Under the pieces are notes generated by a model. The model was given only the letters and a program-made list of their open reading frames with translations. It searched no databases and had not been told where the DNA came from. Below, piece after piece: positions 39,192 through 51,430 of a stretch of DNA of 64,000 bases. The stretch's first letter is position 1; each line of letters opens with the position of its first letter. Position numbers and translations under genes: made by a program. This DNA is from an uncultured delta proteobacterium (GTDB lineage: Bacteria > Desulfobacterota > WTBG01): contig CAWCBP010000001.1 of the NCBI GenBank assembly GCA_963793865.1, positions 416,001 to 480,000 of the forward strand. The letters are read 5' to 3'.

Positions 39192-40778
39192 ATGAAGGTT
39201 TTAATAAGCGACACCTTGTCTGACAACGGCGTGGCCATCTTCAAGAAGGCAAAGGGCATCGAGGTTGACGTCAAGACCAAGCTCTCACCGCCGGAGCTGA
39301 AGGCCATCATCGGTGAGTATGACGGGCTGGTGGTGCGAAGCGCGACCAAGGTCACCGCCGAGATTATCGAGGCTGCCGGAAAGCTGAAGGTGGTCGGCCG
39401 GGCGGGAAGCGGGCTCGACAACATCGACGTGCCGGCCGCCAGCAAGAAGGGCATCGTGGTCATGAATACGCCGGGGGGGAACACCATTACCACCGCGGAG
39501 CACGCCATATCCATGATGCTCGCGCTCTCGCGGCAGATACCCCAGGCCACCGCGTCCACCAAAGGCAGGAAGTGGGAGAAGTCCAGGTTCATGGGCTCCG
39601 AGATCTTCAACAAGACCCTGGGCATCATAGGCGTGGGGCAGATCGGGAGCGTCGTGGCCGACCGGGCCCGGGGACTCAGAATGAATGTCCTGGGCTATGA
39701 CCCCTACCTTTCACCGGGGCGGGCGGAAGAGCTGGGAGTGACGCTGGTAAGCATGGATGAACTGCTTGCGCGGTCTGATTACATCACCATCCATGTTCCC
39801 AAAAGCAATGATACCGTCAACCTCATCAACCGCGAGAGCTTTGCCAAAATGAAGGACGGTGTGTACATCATCAATTGCGCCCGCGGCGGCCTGGTCAACG
39901 AGAAGGATCTGCATGAGGCCATCAAGTCCGGCAAGGTGGCAGGGGCCGCCCTCGATGTATTTGTCAAGGAACCCCCGGAAGCCGAAAACCCGCTGCTGGA
40001 TTGCGACGAGGTGATCTGCACCCCGCACCTGGGCGCTTCCACCGAGGAGGCTCAGGAGAAGGTGGCCGTCGCCATAGCCGAGCAGATGGTCGATTATTTA
40101 TTGAACGGAACGGTCATGAACGCGGCCAACGTGCCCTCGGTGGACAAGGACCTCCTGGTGAGGATGAAGCCCTATCTCAGTCTGGCGGAGCGTCTGGGCA
40201 GCTTCCAGGGTCAGGTGCTTTCAGGCGGATTGCAGGAGGTGCTCATCGAGTACAGCGGGGAGGTGGCGGAGATGAACGTTCAGCCCATCACCGTCTCGCT
40301 TTTGAAAGGGCTCCTCTATGCCATCCTCAGGGAAGACGTGAATTATGTGAACGCGCCCTTTATTGCCAGGGAGCGGGGCATCAAGGTAAAAGAGACCGTC
40401 ACCAGCACCTCCGAGGATTTTATCAGCCTCATCACCCTGAAGGTAAAAACCAGCACCGGGGAGAGCTCGGTTGCCGGAACCATATTCGGCAAAAGCGAGC
40501 CATGGATCGTTCAGTTCAACCAGTTCCAGATCGAAGCCATGCCTGATAAGCACATGCTCCTGTTCCGCACCCAGGACCGTCCCGGCGTGATCGGCAGTAT
40601 CGGGAACAGCCTGGGGAGCCAGGGCATCAACATCTCCAGAATGCAGTTCGGCCGGGAACGGATAGAGGGACAGTCGCTGCTCCTGCTCAACACCGATGGG
40701 CCGGTGTCGGAGGAATGCATTGCGCGGATGAAAGGGCTGCCCCATGTCATTTCTGTCGCCTCGGTTGAGTTCGACTGA
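39192..40778 (+). CDS. serA: D-3-phosphoglycerate dehydrogenase
   Basis: [42 protein letters not shown] and ACT domains. Confidence 0.96.
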   Translation: MKVLISDTLSDNGVAIFKKAKGIEVDVKTKLSPPELKAIIGEYDGLVVRSATKVTAEIIEAAGKLKVVGRAGSGLDNIDVPAASKKGIVVMNTPGGNTITTAEHAISMMLALSRQIPQATASTKGRKWEKSRFMGSEIFNKTLGIIGVGQIGSVVADRARGLRMNVLGYDPYLSPGRAEELGVTLVSMDELLARSDYITIHVPKSNDTVNLINRESFAKMKDGVYIINCARGGLVNEKDLHEAIKSGKVAGAALDVFVKEPPEAENPLLDCDEVICTPHLGASTEEAQEKVAVAIAEQMVDYLLNGTVMNAANVPSVDKDLLVRMKPYLSLAERLGSFQGQVLSGGLQEVLIEYSGEVAEMNVQPITVSLLKGLLYAILREDVNYVNAPFIARERGIKVKETVTSTSEDFISLITLKVKTSTGESSVAGTIFGKSEPWIVQFNQFQIEAMPDKHMLLFRTQDRPGVIGSIGNSLGSQGINISRMQFGRERIEGQSLLLLNTDGPVSEECIARMKGLPHVISVASVEFD

Positions 40779-40794
40779 GAGGGAACGGTACACA

Positions 40795-42095
<1,301 letters not shown>

Positions 42096-42131
42096 CAAGA
42101 GAACATTGAAACAAATCAGTCGCATCTTTAG

Positions 42132-42157
42132 AAAAGCCCCTCAGGGGCTTTTTTTTT
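42132..42157 (+). terminator. Intrinsic terminator after purA
   Basis: aaaagcccc-tca-ggggctttt followed by a T-run. Confidence 0.85.
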
Positions 42158-42423
42158 GGAAAGCGGCGGGCTGCGGAATTGCGATAGAGATGGTATCGGT
42201 CAGCCCGATCATCTGCTCCCCCGGCAGTGACGGGGCATGCGCCCGGCGCTGCACGTTTTTGCGCTGACAAACCGCCGGCATGTCCCCCCGGGGTCAAAAA
42301 AGATTGCCATGCGGGAAATGTGGTGTATACTTGCATGCAAAAATTGAAGCACACGATCGCGCGAGGCATACCCGAAGGCTTTGCGCGTAATGCCGTAGTC
42401 AGGCACCTCATCAGGGGGAGGGG

Positions 42424-43188
42424 ATGAAACGCGTTGCCGTAACCTCATTGATTCTGCTGGCTGTGATGACCGTGCTCGCCTGGAGGATAGGGCGCATTTA
42501 TTTTGATCAGCCTCCGGGACAGGGGGTGCGGATAGTCATCAGCGGCGCATCGGCGTACCGCGGTTCACACGGAAACCGGGTGGAGGTATCCCTGGAAAAT
42601 CCGGAGGTGCGGGTGCGGGGCATACAGCTTGAAATATGTGACGCTGACAATTACCTTTCCTGCACGGGCTGCGAGGTCACCGACCGCATCAGCGGGTTTA
42701 CCTGCGCGAGCCACGAGAAACCCAACGGATGCTACGAGCTGCTGCTGTTTTCCTTTACCGGAATGATCGAAAAAGGGTCCGGCCCGCTGGTGAGCTTCAG
42801 CTGCGATGCCGCGGAAGCGGCGCCGGGAGGTGAATGCAGGGAACTGCTGCCCGGCCGGCTGGAGATCGCCGATGAGCAGAAGCAGCCGATGGAGGCGGCG
42901 GTTGAGAAAGGCAGCATCTGTTTTAAGGACTGCAGGGACCCGGCTGATTGTGAGGATGGGCTGTGGTGCCATGAATCCCACTCCTGTACTGACGGGGTCT
43001 GCGGGGATGCCGCCAGGTGCCCGGATGACGGGCTCTACTGCAACGGCAGGGAATATTGTGACGAAGCCGCCAAGCAATGCAGGCGTTCGCCGGAGCCCTG
43101 CGCGCACTGCTATGACGCCGGCTGCGTGTGCGATGAAGCCGGGGATGTCTGCAAGCAGACCGGGGGGGCAAAGGGTGACAGCATATGA
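42424..43188 (+). CDS. Exported Cys-rich protein (cohesin-like beta domain plus disulfide-rich repeats)
   Basis: N-terminal hydrophobic anchor; VSLEN...VRGIQ..I; EDGLWC..C..G.C and DDGLYCNGREYCDE repeats. Confidence 0.6.
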   Translation: MKRVAVTSLILLAVMTVLAWRIGRIYFDQPPGQGVRIVISGASAYRGSHGNRVEVSLENPEVRVRGIQLEICDADNYLSCTGCEVTDRISGFTCASHEKPNGCYELLLFSFTGMIEKGSGPLVSFSCDAAEAAPGGECRELLPGRLEIADEQKQPMEAAVEKGSICFKDCRDPADCEDGLWCHESHSCTDGVCGDAARCPDDGLYCNGREYCDEAAKQCRRSPEPCAHCYDAGCVCDEAGDVCKQTGGAKGDSI

Positions 43189-43194
43189 TCTGAC

Positions 43195-45258
43195 ATGGCA
43201 CCGACCATGAGCGCCGTTTCCAATAAGAAGAAAAAGCTTATAGAGCAGAATTATCAACGGCTTTCCCTTGAGGAGCTCGTTCGCCGGACCGGGCTTGCGC
43301 CGCCGGCGATAAAGGCGGTTATTGCGGGCTGCAGCGCACAGGAGAAAATAAAAGCCGCCGGTTCACTGCACGGAGCTGAAGCATCGGCGAAAATGACATG
43401 GGCCGTGACTGTTACGGCTCTGCTTGTTTTTGCGTGCACCGTGGCGGTGTATCTGCCGGCGCTGAACAATGATTTCGTCTGGGATGACGTCACCTATATT
43501 GTTGAAAATTCCTGGATCCGGACGCTTGATGCTCAATCGCCGGCAAAAATGTTTTTTTCGTTTCGAGCCGGAAACTGGCATCCCCTGACCTGGATTAGCC
43601 ATGCGGTTGACTATCATTTTTGGGGTAGCAACCCGTCTGGTCACCACGGCACCAGCATTGTCATCCATGCCTGCAACGCAGTGCTGGTTTTTTATTTGTC
43701 ACTCCTCTTGCTGGCGAGGGCAGGCGAACACGGCGTCACGGGACGCTGGATCACCGGCAGCTACCGCCGGTTTGCGGCGGGTGTAACGGCCCTTTTGTTC
43801 GGACTCCATCCGGTGCATGTTGAATCGGTGGCGTGGGTGGCGGAGCGAAAAGACCTGCTCTGCGCATTCTTTGTATTTTTGAGTTTGCTGTCATATCTTT
43901 CCTACGCCGCTTCGGCATCAAAGGTCCGTTACACCCTCGCCTTTCTCTTTTTTATGGCGGCCCTCATGTCAAAGCCCATGGCGGTCACCCTTCCGATTAT
44001 GCTGCTGCTCTGTGATTTCTATCCTTTGCGGCGCATACAGCAGCCTTTGGCGCCCGTGGCCCGGCATCTTCCCGTGCTGCTTGAAAAGATCCCGTTTCTC
44101 GCCCTCAGCTGCGTCTCGGTGGCGGTTACCATTGCCGCGCAGGGATCCGGAGGGGCGCTGAAAAGCCTGGAGCGGTTTCCCCTTCCGCTTCGTTTGTTGA
44201 ACGCCCTGCGCTCCCCGGGATTTTACCTGGAGACGATGCTGCTGCCGGAAAGACTGGTTCCCCTGTACCCGTTTCCCGGGCAGCATGAATGGCAGCAGGC
44301 CGGATTTTTGTTCAACGCGGCCGCGGTCGTTGCCATAACCGTTCTGACCCTGGTGCTGCTGCGCCGGGGAAAGCGTTTTTTATTCACCGCCTGGACATGG
44401 TACCTGGTCGGCCTGCTGCCGGTACTGGGGATTGTCCAGGTCGGTGTGCAGGCGGCGGCGGACCGATATACCTATCTGCCCAGTGTGAGTATTTTTTTGC
44501 TTGCGGGAGTCGGCGCTGCCTGGATGCTCCGGAAAAGCGCTGTGGTCGCGGGCAGGGCGGGATCATGGCTGCTGATGACGGTTTTTCTATGCGGTCTGCT
44601 CGCACTTGGTTGGGCAACGGTGAGACAGATTGGGGTCTGGCGAAATTCAGAGGTGCTCTGGGAGTATGTTACCCGTTCGTTCCCTTTTCCCCGGAGCGAT
44701 GCAATGGTACACAATAATCTCGGGGCGGCTTACTATGGAAAGGGTGCGTGGGACAAGGCCATCGAGGAGTACAAAAAAGCCATCTCGTTGCGGCCGCGTT
44801 ACGCCGACGCGCAGAGCAACCTGGGGGCTGCTTACGCCAGAAAGGGCCTGATCGATGAGGCAATAGCGGCGCACAAGGCAGCCATCGCCGTCAAGCCGGA
44901 CTCGCCGCGGGCACATCTTAACCTGGGGGTTTCCTATAGCAGGAAAGGGGAGATGGACAAGGCGATTGAGGAGTTTAAGGCGGTTGTGGCGCTCGATGCG
45001 GACTATGCAACCGCTCATACTTATCTGGCGGTTGCTTATTATAAGCAGGGCAACTACCGACTGGCAATCGAGCACTGTGACCGGGCGGCGCAATTGCAGG
45101 GGAGCGCCGATGAAGATCTGCTCAGGCTACTTGCTCCCTACCGCGCGCCGCCGGCACTATTAAAGGCCTTAAATAGTGAAACACAGGACGCACAGCTCCC
45201 CTTACGTTCAGGCGGAAAGCTTAAACTTTACCGGCCGGGCCGGCTGTGCTATGATTGA
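43195..45258 (+). CDS. TMTC-like GT-C membrane protein with C-terminal TPRs
   Basis: FVWDD, NWHPLT, HPVHVESVAWVAERKD, SKPMAV, ADRYTY, followed by NNLG TPR repeats. Confidence 0.85.
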   Translation: MAPTMSAVSNKKKKLIEQNYQRLSLEELVRRTGLAPPAIKAVIAGCSAQEKIKAAGSLHGAEASAKMTWAVTVTALLVFACTVAVYLPALNNDFVWDDVTYIVENSWIRTLDAQSPAKMFFSFRAGNWHPLTWISHAVDYHFWGSNPSGHHGTSIVIHACNAVLVFYLSLLLLARAGEHGVTGRWITGSYRRFAAGVTALLFGLHPVHVESVAWVAERKDLLCAFFVFLSLLSYLSYAASASKVRYTLAFLFFMAALMSKPMAVTLPIMLLLCDFYPLRRIQQPLAPVARHLPVLLEKIPFLALSCVSVAVTIAAQGSGGALKSLERFPLPLRLLNALRSPGFYLETMLLPERLVPLYPFPGQHEWQQAGFLFNAAAVVAITVLTLVLLRRGKRFLFTAWTWYLVGLLPVLGIVQVGVQAAADRYTYLPSVSIFLLAGVGAAWMLRKSAVVAGRAGSWLLMTVFLCGLLALGWATVRQIGVWRNSEVLWEYVTRSFPFPRSDAMVHNNLGAAYYGKGAWDKAIEEYKKAISLRPRYADAQSNLGAAYARKGLIDEAIAAHKAAIAVKPDSPRAHLNLGVSYSRKGEMDKAIEEFKAVVALDADYATAHTYLAVAYYKQGNYRLAIEHCDRAAQLQGSADEDLLRLLAPYRAPPALLKALNSETQDAQLPLRSGGKLKLYRPGRLCYD

Positions 45259-45333
45259 GTTCCGGGAGTGAGAGGAATGATGTGATTATTAGCGGCCGGC
45301 CATGCGGTGAATCAAGCTGAGGATGATTATGCT

Positions 45334-46620
45334 ATGAGAAGACGAGCGGTTATAACCGGACTGGGTTTGGTGACGCCGCTGGGATTGGATGTTCCGGCCA
45401 CCTGGGCCGGCCTGCTCAGGGGCGAATCGGGCGTCGGCTACATATCCCTGTTTGACGCCTCCACCTTTCCGGTGAGAATAGCCGGCGAGGTGAAGGGCTT
45501 CGACGAGGGTCTTGTTGCCGTTCCTGAGAAAGCCCGGCAGTTTGCCGGACGCGCCACCAAATTCTGCCTGGTCGCTGCACAGGAGGCGCTGCAGAATGCA
45601 AAGATTGCACCCGGCAGCGTCGAACCTGCCAGGATGGGCATTTCGCTTGGTGCGAGCGAGGAAACCTATACCCTGTCCCGCTTTGATGATGCCTTTGTCG
45701 CAGCGGACATCTATCACTATCTGGAAAGCAATAGCCTTTCCTACCTCAAAGGGTCCAAGCCGCTCGGGCATATCTGGCCGGTGAGGAAATGCGCCCATAT
45801 TACCTCCCAGATCGTTTCCATCGCATTCGGCGCGCTCGGGCCTTCGAGTGCCTCTTCCACCGCATGCGCTTCGAGCACCCACGCCGTGGGTAAGGCCCTG
45901 CGAATGATAGAGCACGGCGATGCCGACGTGGTTATCGCGGGCGGGACAGATTCCTGCTTAAGCGAATTCTCGGTGGCGGGATTTTACCTGCTGGGGGCGC
46001 TGTCCCAAAATAACAGCAGCCCGTCCCGCGCAAGCCGGCCGTTTGATCTGAGAAGAAACGGATTTGTCCTGGCGGAAGGCGCGGGTATACTTATTGTGGA
46101 AGAGCTGCAGCACGCGCGCAGGAGAGGGGCGCCGATCCTGGCGGAGCTGAAGGGGTTCGGGGCGACCTCAAATTCCTACCGCATTACCGATTCCCCACCG
46201 GACGGGCGGGGGCCGGATCAGGCCATGGGGACGGCGATACAGGATGCGGGATTAACACCCGGTGACATAGACCATATTAATGCCCACGGCACCTCGACCG
46301 TCATCAATGATCGCAGCGAAACCCTGGCCATAAAAAAAATTTTCGGGGAACGGGCCTACAGCATTCCTATAAGCGCCAACAAATCCATGCTGGGCCATTC
46401 CATTGCCGGCGCGGGTGCGATTGAGTTCATCATCAGCGTGCTGACCATACGGAATAATATCATTCCTCCCACCATCAATTACGAAGTGAAAGACCCTGAT
46501 TGTGACCTGGATTATGTTCCGAACGAACAAAGGCCCTGTGTCGTCAACACGGTATTGTCCAACTCCTTTGCCTTCGGCGGACAGAATGCCAGCCTGGTTG
46601 TTGCGCGATATGAGACGTGA
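45334..46620 (+). CDS. Beta-ketoacyl-ACP synthase II-like (FabF family)
   Basis: VITGLG.VTPLG, TACAS, SRPFD, EGAG, NAHGTST, KSMLGHS, SNSFAFGG (Cys-His-His triad). Confidence 0.9.
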   Translation: MRRRAVITGLGLVTPLGLDVPATWAGLLRGESGVGYISLFDASTFPVRIAGEVKGFDEGLVAVPEKARQFAGRATKFCLVAAQEALQNAKIAPGSVEPARMGISLGASEETYTLSRFDDAFVAADIYHYLESNSLSYLKGSKPLGHIWPVRKCAHITSQIVSIAFGALGPSSASSTACASSTHAVGKALRMIEHGDADVVIAGGTDSCLSEFSVAGFYLLGALSQNNSSPSRASRPFDLRRNGFVLAEGAGILIVEELQHARRRGAPILAELKGFGATSNSYRITDSPPDGRGPDQAMGTAIQDAGLTPGDIDHINAHGTSTVINDRSETLAIKKIFGERAYSIPISANKSMLGHSIAGAGAIEFIISVLTIRNNIIPPTINYEVKDPDCDLDYVPNEQRPCVVNTVLSNSFAFGGQNASLVVARYET

Positions 46621-46856
46621 GATGTGCGATCTGGGATGTGCGCTATGAGAAAAGCGATATGGGATATGCGATGTGGGATTGGGGATATGAGATAGAATTC
46701 AGAAGGCAGGAGTCAGATTAAAAACCGGTAGGAGCGGCTTTCAGCCGCGAATATGTCGCTGCTGTGGAATATGAGAGGGAGGCGTATGTGTTTTTATCAC
46801 ATATCTCATATCACACATCGCAGATCATTTGTTTCGGGTTTCGTGCTTCGGATTTC
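46618..46856. repeat. Composite intergenic repeat: gatgtgc heptamers, GTAG REP arm, inverse heptamers
   Basis: gatgtgcgatctgggatgtgcg.. ; gtaggagcggctttcagccgcga at 46728; atcacatatctcatatcacacatcgcagatc; ttcgggtttcgtgcttcggatttc. Confidence 0.7.
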
Positions 46857-46872
46857 ATAAGGAGGTGTGCTT

Positions 46873-47915
46873 ATGTTGAAAGGATGATGATTATCGGACT
46901 GGTTGTGCACATGGCCGTCCTCATGTGCGGGTTCTGTGCTGCTGATGAGCTTATGACACGGGCGCAGGTGCTGTTTAAGCCCATTCCCCGGGAAGCGCCG
47001 CCTTTAAAGGATAATGTTCTGTCCCCGGAGAAGATCGATCTCGGGAGAATGCTCTACTTTGATCCCCGGCTTTCAGCCAGCGGCTTAATCAGCTGCAACA
47101 CCTGCCATAATGTGGGACTTGCCGGTGCCGACCTCCAGGAGACGGCAGTGGGTCACGGCTGGCAGAAAGGCGGGAGAAACTCGCCCACGGTGTTCAATGC
47201 CATTTTTAATCTGGCCCAGTTCTGGGACGGCAGGGCGCAGGATTTGAAAGAGCAGGCCAAAGGGCCGCCGCAGGCCGCCATTGAAATGAACAGCACGCCG
47301 GAGCGGGTGGTGGAGACGGTGAAGAGCATGCCCGAATATGACCGGCTGTTTAAAAAGTCGTTCTCCCGGGAGAGCGACCCCGTGACCTACGATACCATCG
47401 CCAGGGCGATTGAGGCATTTGAGGCAACCCTGCTCACCCCGGATTCGCCATTTGACAGGTACCTCTCGGGTGACGCGACGGCACTGAGCGGCGAGGAGCA
47501 GAACGGCTTAAAGCTCTTCATGGATAAAGGGTGCGCCGGCTGTCACGGGGGGATCAATATGGGAGGAACCGGATATTTTCCCTTCGGGGTGGTCGAGAAG
47601 CCGAAGGCGGAGATTACCGCGGGGGATATGGGCCGGTTTAAAGTAACCGGGTCCAAAAGCGATGAGTATGTCTTCAAGTCGCCGTCCTTAAGGAACATAG
47701 CGCTTACCGCGCCTTACTTTCATTCGGGCAGGGTATGGAGCCTGCGGGGGGCGGTGGCTATCATGGGGTCGGCGCAGCTCGGCATTTCTCTGTCGGATGG
47801 TGACACGGACGCCATCGTGTTGTTTTTAAGGACCGCGACCGGGCGACAGCCGCGAATAGAGTACCCCATATTGCCGGTGAGCACGGAATCGACGCCTAAA
47901 CCGAAGCTCGACTGA
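46873..47915 (+). CDS. ccpA: Di-haem cytochrome c peroxidase
   Basis: LYFDPRLS, CNTCH, RNSPTVFN, QFWDGRA, CAGCH, FKSPSLRN, PYFHSG; RBS AGGAGG before ATG 46873 needs +1 A, otherwise start at 46884. Confidence 0.9.
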
Positions 47916-48024
47916 TGTGAACTGCCTGTTTGTCTTGCGTCATCTCACGGCACTGCCCGGGCATTAAGCCGGTTTTCAGATGCTGCCTGTTCTCCTCCCA
48001 TGGCGCTCAGCGAGGGATGACTGT

Positions 48025-48681
48025 ATGACTGATGCACGATCGTGCACAACGCTGAATCCCCAAGCCTGGCCGGTCATACGCGACCGCACGGCGTACCTTG
48101 CAAAGCTGGCGGCGGGGCTGGATGTGCTGGACATCGGGTGCACGGGAAGAAAAGGCAGCGGACGGCTGCCCGACTGCGCCAGTACCCTGCACCACGAAAT
48201 CCGGCCTTTCTGCGCCTCTCTGACGGGGCTCGACATTGATGCCGAGGGCGTTGAAGTCATGAGAAAGGCGGGCTACCATGCGGTATGCGGCGATGTTTCC
48301 TCAGCCAGCCTGAAACAGCGATTTGATGTCATCATTGCCGCGGAAGTCATTGAACACCTGCCCAATCCCGCCATGGCCCTGTGCAATCTGAAAGGGCATC
48401 TCAAAAACAGCGGTACGCTGGTTTTAACCACCTGCAATCCATTTTACTACCGCCAGCAATCACGCATCGTGCGGCACGGCGCCGTTCAGGTCAACGCGGC
48501 CCATACCTGCTGGTATGACCCTTTGACGCTGGCGCGGATGTTGCGCAGCGCGGGATTTACCGTGGTAAAAGGCGCGTGGATTACACCCGGGAAAAGATGG
48601 AACCCGATGACCTTTGCGGCACGGTGGAGAAAATACTGGAACCCCAACTTCCTGGTTGAAGCAAAGCAGGACGATCAGTGA
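48025..48681 (+). CDS. Class I SAM-dependent methyltransferase
   Basis: VLDIGC, GLDID, FDVIIAAEVIEHL. Confidence 0.85.
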   Translation: MTDARSCTTLNPQAWPVIRDRTAYLAKLAAGLDVLDIGCTGRKGSGRLPDCASTLHHEIRPFCASLTGLDIDAEGVEVMRKAGYHAVCGDVSSASLKQRFDVIIAAEVIEHLPNPAMALCNLKGHLKNSGTLVLTTCNPFYYRQQSRIVRHGAVQVNAAHTCWYDPLTLARMLRSAGFTVVKGAWITPGKRWNPMTFAARWRKYWNPNFLVEAKQDDQ

Positions 48682-48707
48682 CACGCGGAAATAAAAAAGA
48701 GGAAAAA

Positions 48708-48752
48708 GAGATTGCTTTATCGTCCCGCTCTGACGGGACTCCTCGCAACGAT
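48708..48752. repeat. Palindromic element (gagattgc..ctcctcgcaa type)
   Basis: gagattgctttatcgtcccgctctgacgggactcctcgcaacgat; internal gtcccg/cgggac stem. Confidence 0.5.
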
Positions 48753-48845
48753 GCGCTTATTTTTTTTCGCATGCGGTTATTTCCGGGCATACAACGAGAA
48801 AACCTTTTATGGGGGGATGCGATATGGCGATGCATAGAGGATCAA

Positions 48846-50208
48846 ATGATGCAGGACGACAGGGGCCGGTCCGGTTCGGGCGGTACGAGAAGGGATTTTA
48901 TTAAAATGTTCGGAGCTGCCGCGGCAGGAAGCGTGGCCGGCCTCCTGCTGCCGAGAGCGGCGGGGGCAGAGGATTCAACAGCAATCATTGAAGAACCTCC
49001 TTTTGCAGGATCCCGGTGATGAGCTGTTTTGGGCGCGGGTGCGCAGGCAATTTGTGATCAAGCCCGGGTTGACCTACATGAATACCGGCACCGAAGGCTC
49101 CATACCCCGCTTTGTACTGTATCGCATGCAGAACTATTTCCGTGAGTTTGCCGAGAACCCCTGGGATGCCATTATAGGAAGCAAGGTTTTCGGTCCGGAC
49201 ATGAAGGATACGCGCATCAGGATGGCCGGTTTTGTGGGTGCAGACGAAGGTGAAATCCTGCTTACCCACAACACCACCGAAGGCATGTCGTTCACTGCCA
49301 ATGGCCTGGAGTTGCAGGAAGGAGATGAGGTGCTGACAACCCTGCATGAGCACTCTGCGGGACTGGTCTGCTGGGAGATTCTCCGGGAGCGGCGAAAGGT
49401 GACCCTGACCCAGATTGAACTTCCCACCCCGGCGGCGGACAAGGATGAAATCGTCGATGCCTTCGCCCGGGCAATTACGCCACGCACCCGGGTGATGAGC
49501 TTCTGCCATGTCAACTATACCACCGGGCTGCGCATGCCGGTGAAGGAATTGTGCCAGCTGGCCCGGGATAACGGCATCATCTCGGTGGTTGACGGGGCTC
49601 ATGCCATAGGTATGCTCAATCTGAATCTGCACGACCTGGGATGTGACTTTTATGCCACCTCTCCCCATAAGTGGCTCAATGCCCCTCCCGGAACAGGCGT
49701 GCTGTATATACGGAATGGCATGCTCGAGCAGCTCTGGCCCACGGTCACCGAAGTCTCGCCGCATGCCACCAGCATCAGCGTGCTGCAGGGCAGAGGCCAG
49801 CAGTGCACACCGGCATTCGCCTGTCTCAATGACCTCGCTGACTTTCAGGAGTACACGATCGGTAAGGATCGTATCCAGAGCCGTATACTGGCATTAAGCT
49901 CCTATTTAAAGGAACAAATTAAGGAGGCTTGGAATGCCGATAGCCTTTTTTCACCCACCGATGAAACGCTCTCATCGGGGATCGTATCCTTTAATCCCTT
50001 TGAGGATCATTTTGATATTGCAAAAGCTAAAATTTACATCCAGTTAAAGGAGAAATACAAGATCGTTATACGGCGGGTTGATTTTAAAAACCGGCTTGCC
50101 GACAGCAAGAAAACCCAGGCGATGCGGGTTTCAACGCATATCTTTAACAGCTACCGGGATATAGATAAACTGATCAGCTCGCTGCAGGTACTCATGGCCG
50201 AGATGTAG
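48846..50208 (+). CDS. Tat-exported class V PLP enzyme (isopenicillin-N-epimerase/PvdN-like); frameshift near 49005
   Basis: TRRDFIK twin-arginine signal plus AGA cleavage site in ORF 48678; mature part YMNTG, NTTEG, DGAH, SPHKWL, RVSTH in ORF 48988. Confidence 0.8.
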
Positions 50209-50242
50209 GATAACCGGCAGAGGCACATTTATGTGCGAATTA

Positions 50243-50425
50243 TTCGCGGCTGAAGCCGCTCCTAACGGTTATAGGGAAGTGCGTGATGGAGGGCCATGCT
50301 CTGTCATGGCCGCATAAATATAGGAAGCGACGGAGCTCGTCCCTCCATCAAATTTGGTAAACAGTCATGGGGGTAGCCGCAAGCTTTAGCTTGCGATTTT
50401 GGACGCAACGGAGTGCGTGCCTCCA
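50243..50425. repeat. Cluster of several REP-like hairpins between convergent genes
   Basis: ttcgcggctgaagccgctcct; ggagggccatgctctgtcatggcc..gacggagctcgtccctcca; gtagccgcaagctttagcttgcg; ggacgcaacggagtgcgtgcctcca. Confidence 0.7.
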
Positions 50426-50435
50426 AGGCAGGTTG

Positions 50436-51212
50436 CTACGGACGCTGCAGTAATTCCAAGAGCTGTGTATGAACGTGTCCGTTTGAAAACAGGTAATCGC
50501 CCCGCTCAGGCTTCCAGGGATTGCCGCTGAAGTCGCTTACCTTTCCGCCGGCCTCCTCGACCAGGAGAACGCCGGCGGCCACGTCCCAGGGCTCGATGGC
50601 GGTGGTGAAATACGCCTCCCCCCGGCCTGAGGCCACCCACGCCGTTTCCAGTCCGGCTGAACCGAGCTTGCGGATGTCGGTGACATGGGGATAAACGCTG
50701 TGCAGGAGACTCCCCGTCCTTTCCCGGTCTTTGGATCCCCCTTCGCAATAGATGATATAGTTTCGATTGAGATCCCCGATGGTTGAAACCTCAAGCTTCA
50801 CGCCGTTGAGATAAGCTCCCTTGTTCCTTTCCGCCAGGTAAAGCTCGTTGAGGGCGGGGGCATGTATAACTCCCAGGGTGAGTTTACCCCGGTGCATGAG
50901 CGCAATGCAGACCGAAAAAAAAGGATTGTGATTGGAGAAATTGCCGGTCCCGTCCAGCGAATCAACGATCCAGAGCCATTCATCACCGGCTTGATGATAG
51001 CCGCTTTCCTCAGTCAAAAGGCTGTGCCGGGGATAGGCTTTGCTGATTTCTGCAGTAATGAGACCATCGACCAGTTTATCGTAGCTGCTGGCCGCCTCTT
51101 TTGCGGTATTCCTCAAAAAAATAGAAGCGTGATCACGACGAAAACCTTCCAGCAGGATATCCCCCGCCTTCCGCGCCACCTGCACCGTAAAGTCCCGCAA
51201 CCCTTCAGCCAT
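50436..51212 (-). CDS. Inositol monophosphatase family protein (SuhB-like)
   Basis: LTEES, WIVDSLDGTGNF, RKLGSA, PWDVAAG. Confidence 0.9.
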   Translation of the reverse strand: MAEGLRDFTVQVARKAGDILLEGFRRDHASIFLRNTAKEAASSYDKLVDGLITAEISKAYPRHSLLTEESGYHQAGDEWLWIVDSLDGTGNFSNHNPFFSVCIALMHRGKLTLGVIHAPALNELYLAERNKGAYLNGVKLEVSTIGDLNRNYIIYCEGGSKDRERTGSLLHSVYPHVTDIRKLGSAGLETAWVASGRGEAYFTTAIEPWDVAAGVLLVEEAGGKVSDFSGNPWKPERGDYLFSNGHVHTQLLELLQRP

Positions 51213-51430
51213 GTATCGCTCCCTATTGGTCATCATGTGTACGCCATCGCCATTTATTAACCTGTTCATCTTAGCACACTCGATTCAGAGGGGGAAGTCT
51301 CCCGGGGTCTTTTTTTAATTAAGCAATTACGAGCTGCGTGCCGATACGAATAAAAGATTTATTTATATTAGATGGACCGGTTATCGCACGTAGCATTCCC
51401 TTGTTGTCTAAGCCGTAAGGAAACGTTCTT

